In this document: in pieces, positions 17,791 through 24,559 of the stretch
How the letters are laid out: each line of letters begins with the position of its first letter
Position numbering within the stretch: position 1 is the stretch's first letter
Source: an uncultured bacterium
GTDB taxonomy: Bacteria; Verrucomicrobiota; Verrucomicrobiia; Verrucomicrobiales; DEV007
Assembly (NCBI GenBank): GCA_963977015.1
Contig: CAXBMO010000044.1
Coordinates: 1 to 24,559 of the forward strand
Direction of reading: 5' to 3'
DNA length: 24,559 nucleotides
Translations under genes and position numbers: made by a program
The notes under the pieces: generated by a model
Told to the model about the DNA's origin: nothing
What the model saw: only the letters and a program-made list of their open reading frames with translations
The model's database searches: none

Positions 17791-20700
17791 ATGGACAAGG
17801 CAAAGGTCATTCGTATTTTCATTTCCTCCCCCGGCGACGTGGCGGAAGAACGCGACCGTGCTCGACGGGTAATCGAGGGCTTGGGGAAGCGCTACAACGG
17901 GCGACTGAAGTTGTTGCCCATGTTATGGGAGGATCTCCCGTTGCAGGCGGACACCTCGTTTCAGTCGGGGATCGATCGGGTGATCGCAGAGGAGAGCGCG
18001 GTGGACATCGCGATCTTCATCCTTTGGTCGCGGTTGGGCTCACCGTTTCAGCCGACGCTGCTTCGCAAGAATGGAGAGCCATACCGGTCGGGAACGGAGC
18101 GGGAGTATGATTTAATGATGGAGGCGAGAAAACAGAGCGGCGGCGAGCGTCCTGCGATCCTGTTTTACACTCGGGATGACAAGGTGAGTTTCGATGAAAA
18201 GCTGAAGGGACGTCGAACCGAGGAGCAGGCTGAACTGTTGCGGCAGAAAGAACTTTCCGAGCAATTCCTGTCGGAGGAGTTTACGGATGCAGAAACGGGC
18301 CAGAACGTGAAGGCCTATCACTCGTTTCGTCATCCTCCGAGTTTTTCGCAGCGCTTGCGAGTGCATTTGCAGGAACTTCTGGATCCCATCAGCGGAATCG
18401 AAGGAGGAGATCCAGTGTGGGATGTGGAGACGAAAGGATCGCCGTTTCTCGGGTTGGAACCCTTTGATTACGAGCATGCGATGATCTTCTTTGGCCGGGA
18501 AGATGAGGAGCTGGAGATTCGGCAACACCTGAAGGAGCGCGCCCGGGAAGGTTCGGCTTTTGTCCTGATCGTCGGTCCGAGTGGCTCCGGTAAGTCGTCA
18601 CTGGCGCGAGCGGGAGTGATTCCATCGATCGTGGTGCATGAGGTCGACGAAAAAATGCCGGAGTGGATTCCCGTAATGCTCACCCCGAGCGAGCTCGGCA
18701 ACCAGATGTTTCGCAACTTGCTGGAGAAAATTTTTGCAGGTTTTCAGGTCGATTTCAATTTGGTGGAACTGGAGTCCAAAGCGCAACGGTTTCGGGAGAA
18801 TCCGGTGACGTTTTTCAGCATGGAGTTGAGTCCCCTTTTTGTGAGTCGACGAGGGACTTCGCGGCGGCTCTTGTTGTTGCTCGACCAGATTGAAGAGTTC
18901 TTCACCGGAAATGAGGAGATGGAGGCGGAGCGTGAGGTGTTGTTCCGGGCTCTACACTTCCTCTGCCAGACCGGGGATGTCTGGATTGTCGGAACGCTGA
19001 GGAGCGATTTTTATTCGACGGCACTGAGTTCGGAGGCTCTGAAGGAGCTCAAAGGCGCCAAAGGTTCGTTTGACCTGACGGTGCCGAACGACGCTTCTTT
19101 CCGCCGCATGATCGAGGAACCCGCACGCCTGGCTGGTCTCAAGTGGGGCGAGCGGAACGGGATTCCCCTAGTGAATGAGATCATGAAAGAGATCCGCGAC
19201 AAGGGCGAGTTGCTTCCCCTGGTCGGGTTCGTTCTTCGCGAATTGTTCGAGCAACGGGACGAGAACGACACCTTGCTTTACGAAAGCTATGAGAAGTTGG
19301 GCGGGGTGAGTGGCGCGCTTTCGCAGCGAGCGGAGAATGTTTTCACGAGCCTTTCCCCTTCGGCCCAACACCAGTTTTCGTTGATTATGCGACAGGTCAC
19401 AACGGTTCCGATGGACCGGAACCAGGATTTCACCCGTCGCTGGGCGGATTACGATCACTTGGCGATTACGGAGGACAACCGCGCTTTTCTGGAGGCGTTT
19501 CTAGACCGTAATTCGCGGATTTTTGTGCTGCGGGACGAAGTAGAGGATCGCCGCTCAGTCAGCATCGCGCATGAGGCACTGCTGAGGGCTTGGCCACGGT
19601 TGAGCGATTGGTTGATCGAGAACAAGACGTCACTCAAGGTTCGCGAGACGATTGCCTCTGATGCCCGGCAATGGGACCAAAATGGGCGCAAGGCAGGGTA
19701 TTTGTATCCCAAAGGAAGTAAGCTCAACGAAGCTGAGGAATTATTGGAGAACGGCTTTTTGGTCGATAACGAAGTCCAGTTTGTCGTCGCTTCGATCGCG
19801 CAGGCGCTTCGTACCGAATTTGAGCATACCCTGCGAAGTGGGCTGAATGTCGATGAGGCCTCCGGCGATCTTCGACAACGGTTCCCAGATTTGTGGGACT
19901 CCGTGATTGAGAGTTTTATTGAAAACAGTCCCGAGCAGCAACGGATTCGCGCAATTCAACAGGTGGCGGATCACCCTACCGCTCTGACTAAGAAGCTGCT
20001 TACCAAAGTTTTGGTCAGCGACGCATCATCCAAACTCCGAACGGCTTGTGCTGAGGCTCTCACCCAAATCGATAGTCCAGAAGCCTATCGCGAAGTGTGG
20101 AAGGATGGGTTTAGTTTCAACACCCTGATGGGGGCGGCAAGGCTGCTTCGCTCTTCGGAGGCGAAGTGGCAGAAAAATGCCTTTCATGAGGAACTGGAGA
20201 AGTTGAAACGATTTGTTCGATTTCGGATCTGGTGGCGCTCCTGCTACTTGCGTTTCAAGGATTCGCCTTTCCAAATTGTCCTCCAGATTCTCCCTGCGAT
20301 CACATTGGCGGCCATCGGCGCGGGCATTGCCAAACTGAATACCGCGCTCAACTACACGGCTTGCGCAGAACGTGCCGCACTTGGTCCGGGGATCTTTGCA
20401 GGAATTTTTGCAGGCGTGGTTCTCGGAGGGGCGATCGTTTTATGCATCACCGTCTACCGTCAGGTTTTCGATGCTGAGTACAGCGCCCGCTCAATGTGCC
20501 GTCCATTTGGGACGATTGTGGCCGGTTTCATTGGCGGAGTGATTGGGGGTACCGTGGTTTCCCTCTCCATTGGCCAGGTTCACTCACCCCACACCCTGGA
20601 AGGGATTGGTTGGCGGATTGGGGAAGGACCGATCTTTTGGCGTCCCTACCTCGAGAACATGCGAGGCTGGGCGTTCTTTATTACCAGTCTCGGGCTGGGC

Positions 20701-21198
20701 GTGGGGCTTGGCGCCATCGATAATTCCCTTCGCCTTTCAGATAAGATGCGTCAGTTTTATCAGGAAACTGGCGCGATGAAGAGTCTCCGGGACTTGCGCC
20801 GTGCCATGAGGCGCATCGCTTTTCTCATCCTGCCCAAAATGTGGATGCTTTTCGTCCCACTCATCGTTACAGCCTTCGGGGCGTTCGCGCTCATTATCAA
20901 TCCCATGGAGCTTCTCAAGGATGTCCCACCAACGAAGGAACTCTTTTTAGGCGGTATTCCCCAAACCTACGAACACCTCAACCTGACCGAGGACGAAGAG
21001 GTGGCCACGATCAATGCATGGAACCAATCGCCATACGGGACCCTGTTGGGAATTTATGGCGACACCTTCACCAAATTTGTCGGTGGGTTCTTCATGGTTA
21101 TGGGAATGGCAATCAGCAACCTTCTCCTTTTGAAGGGGGTCGTGATTGAGCCTCAGCGCAATTACATCCAGCGAGATGAATCAAACCAGAATCCGTAG
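17791..21198 (+). CDS. STAND NTPase: DUF4062 (TIR-like) N-terminus + nSTAND1 NTPase + HEAT-like repeats + multi-pass TM C-terminus
   Basis: N-terminal RIFISSPGDVAEER / DIAIFILWSRLGSP / SGTEREY. nSTAND1 motifs PFLGLEPF..FFGRE, Walker A GPSGSGKSS, Walker B LLLLDQIEE, TLRSDF, LPLVGFVL, YEKLGGV, AHEALLRAWPRL. HEAT-like LRTACAEALTQI; about 6-7 Gly-rich hydrophobic helices. GAGG lies upstream of the ATG. Confidence 0.88.
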   Translation: MDKAKVIRIFISSPGDVAEERDRARRVIEGLGKRYNGRLKLLPMLWEDLPLQADTSFQSGIDRVIAEESAVDIAIFILWSRLGSPFQPTLLRKNGEPYRSGTEREYDLMMEARKQSGGERPAILFYTRDDKVSFDEKLKGRRTEEQAELLRQKELSEQFLSEEFTDAETGQNVKAYHSFRHPPSFSQRLRVHLQELLDPISGIEGGDPVWDVETKGSPFLGLEPFDYEHAMIFFGREDEELEIRQHLKERAREGSAFVLIVGPSGSGKSSLARAGVIPSIVVHEVDEKMPEWIPVMLTPSELGNQMFRNLLEKIFAGFQVDFNLVELESKAQRFRENPVTFFSMELSPLFVSRRGTSRRLLLLLDQIEEFFTGNEEMEAEREVLFRALHFLCQTGDVWIVGTLRSDFYSTALSSEALKELKGAKGSFDLTVPNDASFRRMIEEPARLAGLKWGERNGIPLVNEIMKEIRDKGELLPLVGFVLRELFEQRDENDTLLYESYEKLGGVSGALSQRAENVFTSLSPSAQHQFSLIMRQVTTVPMDRNQDFTRRWADYDHLAITEDNRAFLEAFLDRNSRIFVLRDEVEDRRSVSIAHEALLRAWPRLSDWLIENKTSLKVRETIASDARQWDQNGRKAGYLYPKGSKLNEAEELLENGFLVDNEVQFVVASIAQALRTEFEHTLRSGLNVDEASGDLRQRFPDLWDSVIESFIENSPEQQRIRAIQQVADHPTALTKKLLTKVLVSDASSKLRTACAEALTQIDSPEAYREVWKDGFSFNTLMGAARLLRSSEAKWQKNAFHEELEKLKRFVRFRIWWRSCYLRFKDSPFQIVLQILPAITLAAIGAGIAKLNTALNYTACAERAALGPGIFAGIFAGVVLGGAIVLCITVYRQVFDAEYSARSMCRPFGTIVAGFIGGVIGGTVVSLSIGQVHSPHTLEGIGWRIGEGPIFWRPYLENMRGWAFFITSLGLGVGLGAIDNSLRLSDKMRQFYQETGAMKSLRDLRRAMRRIAFLILPKMWMLFVPLIVTAFGAFALIINPMELLKDVPPTKELFLGGIPQTYEHLNLTEDEEVATINAWNQSPYGTLLGIYGDTFTKFVGGFFMVMGMAISNLLLLKGVVIEPQRNYIQRDESNQNP

Positions 21199-21201
21199 AC
21201 T

Positions 21202-22506
21202 GTGGCCTTCCATTCTTCCCGATTATTCTTGTGGCCAATCCTCATTGTCGCAATCCTCCTTTCCGGTTGCGCCACCCAAAACAACCTTATCAATTCGATG
21301 ATCCCGGGCCAATTTGACCATCCTGATTCTGATTTGGGAAAGAATGCGAAAGTCCCTGAAAACGGGTTGGGAAAATTGGCATCTTCTCCCAGCCAAGCTG
21401 CCGCACCGAAACCACTCTCTCGCCAAAAGAAAAACTTCCTGCTGATTCAGGTCGATGGTGGCGGCATCAAGGGAATCACCCCGGCCATCCTGCTCGAAAA
21501 AATCGAAGGTGCCTACAACAAGCGTCCCGGACAGGAGGATACCGAGTTGCGCGACATCACGTCGGTCTTTATTGGGACCAGCACGGGCGCCGTGATTATC
21601 GGAGGGTTGGTCGCAGGTGTCCCGGCTGATCGCGTGGCTGACATTTACCGAATTGATGCCTACAACCTCATCCGCAAAGACGGTCGCCTTCCACTGCGTC
21701 CCTTGCTACAACACAACCTTCAGCGCAAAGCGTTTCAGGACTGTTGGTATCGGTCGATGGATGAGGGGGCTGACTATCCCCGAAACGTTCGCCTGGGTGA
21801 GTTAAGCCCCTCGCCTGTCGTTATCATTACATCCTACGATCTCGTCAGCAAACACACCGTCTTTTTGAGCAACTCGCCCTTATTCGACACTCCACGGAAT
21901 GCCCGCGAACTCCAGCTGATCGACGCCATGACGGCATCCGCCCTGTCTGCTCCCGTATTCTTTGGCCAAGTCCAGGCTCCCCACATTGTAACCCGCAAAA
22001 CGCTGGCCGATGGAAGCACCTATGATGTCCAAGGCGCTGCTTTTGCCGACGGAGGGCAGGGCACCCAGCAGTGCACACTACTCGTCACCGCCCACGAAGC
22101 CATCCGGATTGCGCTCGCTCATCCCGACAGCTTGGTCACGGTCATTTCGTTAGGCTGCGGAAACAATTTTGAGGAACGTTCTCCCCAAGCCATTCGCAAG
22201 CTGGGAAAGACCGACCAGTTGCTCGACTACATCACCAATTCCCAAAGCCGGGGAGAGTCAATTGATATGCAGGTGCAGGAAGCTCGCCGCCTGGAGTCTA
22301 TTGTCCCCAACCTACAGATTGCCCGGTTCGACTGGCATCACACCTCGGAGAAAGATGCGGCCTCACTCAGCGTAAAACCCCGTCAGCGGGATTTTCTCAT
22401 CAACAAAGCCGAAGAAATCGCGAAGCGCTCCGACTTCCAGACTCTCCTTGAGACGGTTGCAGACCCCAATTGCGTGGTTGAGCAATTCGACTACTCGAAA
22501 TTCTGA
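21202..22506 (+). CDS. Patatin-like phospholipase with lipoprotein signal peptide
   Basis: GTG start 3 bp after the STAND stop, lipobox LLSG|C. Oxyanion loop DGGGIKG, nucleophile GTSTG, SAPVFF, catalytic DGG, ISLGCG. Confidence 0.9.
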   Translation: MAFHSSRLFLWPILIVAILLSGCATQNNLINSMIPGQFDHPDSDLGKNAKVPENGLGKLASSPSQAAAPKPLSRQKKNFLLIQVDGGGIKGITPAILLEKIEGAYNKRPGQEDTELRDITSVFIGTSTGAVIIGGLVAGVPADRVADIYRIDAYNLIRKDGRLPLRPLLQHNLQRKAFQDCWYRSMDEGADYPRNVRLGELSPSPVVIITSYDLVSKHTVFLSNSPLFDTPRNARELQLIDAMTASALSAPVFFGQVQAPHIVTRKTLADGSTYDVQGAAFADGGQGTQQCTLLVTAHEAIRIALAHPDSLVTVISLGCGNNFEERSPQAIRKLGKTDQLLDYITNSQSRGESIDMQVQEARRLESIVPNLQIARFDWHHTSEKDAASLSVKPRQRDFLINKAEEIAKRSDFQTLLETVADPNCVVEQFDYSKF

Positions 22507-22594
22507 ACGCTGGATCCCGCAGCGAAGCGAGCCTGCAACAGAACCCGTCGACCGGGTAGAACTCTTGGCCCACAACCTGCTACAGCGGGTTTCG

Positions 22595-24133
22595 GTGAAG
22601 TCCCTTTTCCGACAACAGGATACGATTAGCGAAAACGAGTTGGAGCGCGGATTGCGCAACCTGATTCTGGACGGGGTTTGCTCCCAGAGCATGGGGGTGC
22701 TGACCGGGGGCGCGTTTTTGGTGGCGTTTGCCCTGCAAATGGGCGCGTCGAACTTTGTCGTTGGTTTCTTCGCCGCCATCATGCCGCTGTGCCAATTGTT
22801 GCAGATTCCGAGTATTCTGCTGGTCGAAAAGTTTCGGAAGCGCAAACCGCTCGTGGTTATTCCGGTGATTATTGCTCGGGCGGCCTGGTTGTTCGTGCCC
22901 TTTTTGCCATTCTGGTTTCCAGAAGCCGTCCGTGTCCCCCTGTTGGTGGCTCTTCTGTTCTGGTATTTTGCCCTGAGCGTTCCGGCTGGATGTGCCTACA
23001 ATTCCTGGATCCGCGACTTGATTCCGGAGGAGCGATTCAGCAGTTTTTTTGGAAAGCGCTGGGCGACGATCACCCTGGCCGGCGCGATTCTGACGTTGCT
23101 GACCTCATTCGCGGTCGCTCCGCTCAAGGCATGGACCGGGAGCGAGATCATGCCCTACAGCATCATTCTGGGTTTGGGCGGGGTGCTCGGGATTTTCGGT
23201 TCGGTGTTTCTGATGCGCATCCCAGAACCAAAAGCAGCCCCCAGCACGTCGCAAAGCCCGTGGGAACTGTTGGCTGAGCCGTTTCGGTCACCCGATTTCC
23301 GCAAGCTGCTCTACTTCACGGGACCGTGGAATTTCGCGCTCAACATGGCCGCAGCATTCTTTGGCGTCTACTTGCTGAAGCGATTGGAAGTCGATATCTC
23401 CACCGTGATTTTCCTGGCCGTTTCGAGCCAGTTTGTGAACGTGTTCTTCTTCAAAGTATGGGGAAACCTGGCGGATCGCTGGAATAACCGAAGTGCCCTC
23501 CTTGTTGCTGGCCAGCTCTTCTTTTTCAGTGTGCTGCTGTGGCCGTTCACGACGATGCCGGAGAAGCATGCCTACACATTGCCGCTTCTGATTTTGATCC
23601 ATGTGCTCGTCGGGATTTCCACGGCGGGAGTGAACCTTTGCGTCGGGAACCTGGCCCTGAAGAGTGCTCCAAAAGGCAAGGCAACCGCGTATCTGGCATC
23701 GAACACCGTCGTCGCCGGAATCGCGGCAACACTGGGCCCACTTCTGGGTGGTCTGTTGGGAGATTTCTTCGTTCAGAGCGAACTCAAGTTCACCCTCAGC
23801 TATACACAACTGGCTGAGGGCGCGACGATCGACGTCCCGACATTTAATCTTCGCGGTCTCGACTTTGTGTTTCTGCTTTCGGCGATCGTTGGCGCCTATG
23901 CAATGCACCGGTTGGCTTACGTCAAGGAATCGAGCCGTTCGACGGATCCGCTCGGGTTGCCGAGCTTCTTCCACGAGACCCGGAAGGCGATGGCCCACGT
24001 TTCCAACGTTGCCGGGCTGCGCAAACTCACCCACTTCCCGTTCGAAGTGATCATGAAGATCAAGCCAGCCAGGAAAGTGAAGAAGGGCGAGAAACTGACC
24101 GAGCCTCCAAACAGCAAACAGAATCGCAGCTAA
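22595..24133 (+). CDS. MFS transporter
   Basis: About 12 TM helices, DGVCSQSMGVLTGGAFLVAFAL, WGNLADRWNNR (motif A-like). Start uncertain: in-frame GTG at 22595 preferred over TTG at 22448, which overlaps patatin. Confidence 0.85.
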   Translation: MKSLFRQQDTISENELERGLRNLILDGVCSQSMGVLTGGAFLVAFALQMGASNFVVGFFAAIMPLCQLLQIPSILLVEKFRKRKPLVVIPVIIARAAWLFVPFLPFWFPEAVRVPLLVALLFWYFALSVPAGCAYNSWIRDLIPEERFSSFFGKRWATITLAGAILTLLTSFAVAPLKAWTGSEIMPYSIILGLGGVLGIFGSVFLMRIPEPKAAPSTSQSPWELLAEPFRSPDFRKLLYFTGPWNFALNMAAAFFGVYLLKRLEVDISTVIFLAVSSQFVNVFFFKVWGNLADRWNNRSALLVAGQLFFFSVLLWPFTTMPEKHAYTLPLLILIHVLVGISTAGVNLCVGNLALKSAPKGKATAYLASNTVVAGIAATLGPLLGGLLGDFFVQSELKFTLSYTQLAEGATIDVPTFNLRGLDFVFLLSAIVGAYAMHRLAYVKESSRSTDPLGLPSFFHETRKAMAHVSNVAGLRKLTHFPFEVIMKIKPARKVKKGEKLTEPPNSKQNRS

Positions 24134-24559
24134 AGTGTCAGGAAGTCCGCGACCCTGCGTTGAACAATACCAACGGCATCATCGGGAGAGCCTTCAACCA
24201 GGGCCGAAAATGGCAGCCAGTTATTGAGTTCTTGACCTTGAAACAACAAGAGGCCATCCGCTAAACAAACCGCTTTCGTGAATGCTGTCCATCCAAGCGA
24301 GGTGCTTCCTGCGGGCCCTTCTGCGACAAATTCTTCCTCAGTCAACCGATTCGAAATCTTTTCGTTTCTAAAAGGCGATTTGCGAAAGTTGCGAACTGAG
24401 TTCCATCGATCGATCGATCGCGCGGTAACAAAGATGAATGATGAGAAGAAACTTCAGAATCGTGATGGCCATGATTCCTTTGGAGATTTGGCGACGTTTT
24501 TGGAAATGACCTGATCCAGAAAGCTGGACACCTCAAAACGATAGTTCTGCTAGGATTTG
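24130..24559 (-). pseudogene. Degraded YcxB-like protein remnant
   Basis: The frame open from 24453 to 24130 reads ...IDRWNSVRNFRKSPFRNEKI..LTEEEF..GWTAFTKA..DGLLLFQ..NWLP (YcxB-like). It has an in-frame TGA at 24454-24456 and no ATG/GTG start. The likely N-terminal part (QKRRQ..MAITILKFLLII) is in another frame. Confidence 0.5.

Noticed and set aside
21202-22506. CBASS (CapV) assignment for the patatin
   Set aside because: No CD-NTase, Cap2 or Cap3 gene in the window, and the patatin carries a lipoprotein signal.
22448-22594. TTG start of the MFS overlapping patatin
   Set aside because: Gives a 59-nt overlap and a non-MFS-like leader; the downstream GTG is preferred.
1-24559. CRISPR arrays, tRNA/rRNA, IS elements, integrases
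   Set aside because: No regularly spaced repeats, RNA-gene signatures or transposase/recombinase motifs seen by eye.

Overview
GC-rich bacterial DNA. The gene families present (DUF1592/DUF1552 pair, long LacI regulator, many exported Asp-box propellers, pyrimidine-rich leaders without a Shine-Dalgarno) suggest the PVC superphylum, probably Verrucomicrobiota; this is inference. There are three blocks. (1) 0.2-5.4 kb, + strand: a DUF1592 dihaem-type cytochrome, a DUF1552 Tat protein, a 2OG-Fe(II)-like oxygenase and a YitT membrane protein. (2) 5.5-17.6 kb: a carbohydrate-catabolism locus around a LacI regulator. It has a GH32-like propeller, bile-acid:Na+ family symporter, APH-like kinase, HpcH/HpaI aldolase, sialidase-like/DUF1080 fusion, TolB-like propeller and sialidase-like/beta-helix fusion. 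Two of the exported enzymes share an N-terminal ~110-aa domain I cannot assign. (3) 17.8-24.5 kb, apparently lower GC: a 1135-aa DUF4062(TIR-like)-nSTAND1-HEAT-multi-TM protein followed 3 bp later by a patatin phospholipase with a lipoprotein signal, then an MFS transporter and a degraded YcxB-like gene. The STAND + exported patatin pair is the best candidate for an undescribed conflict/defence system. All calls come from motif recognition by eye; no searches were run.
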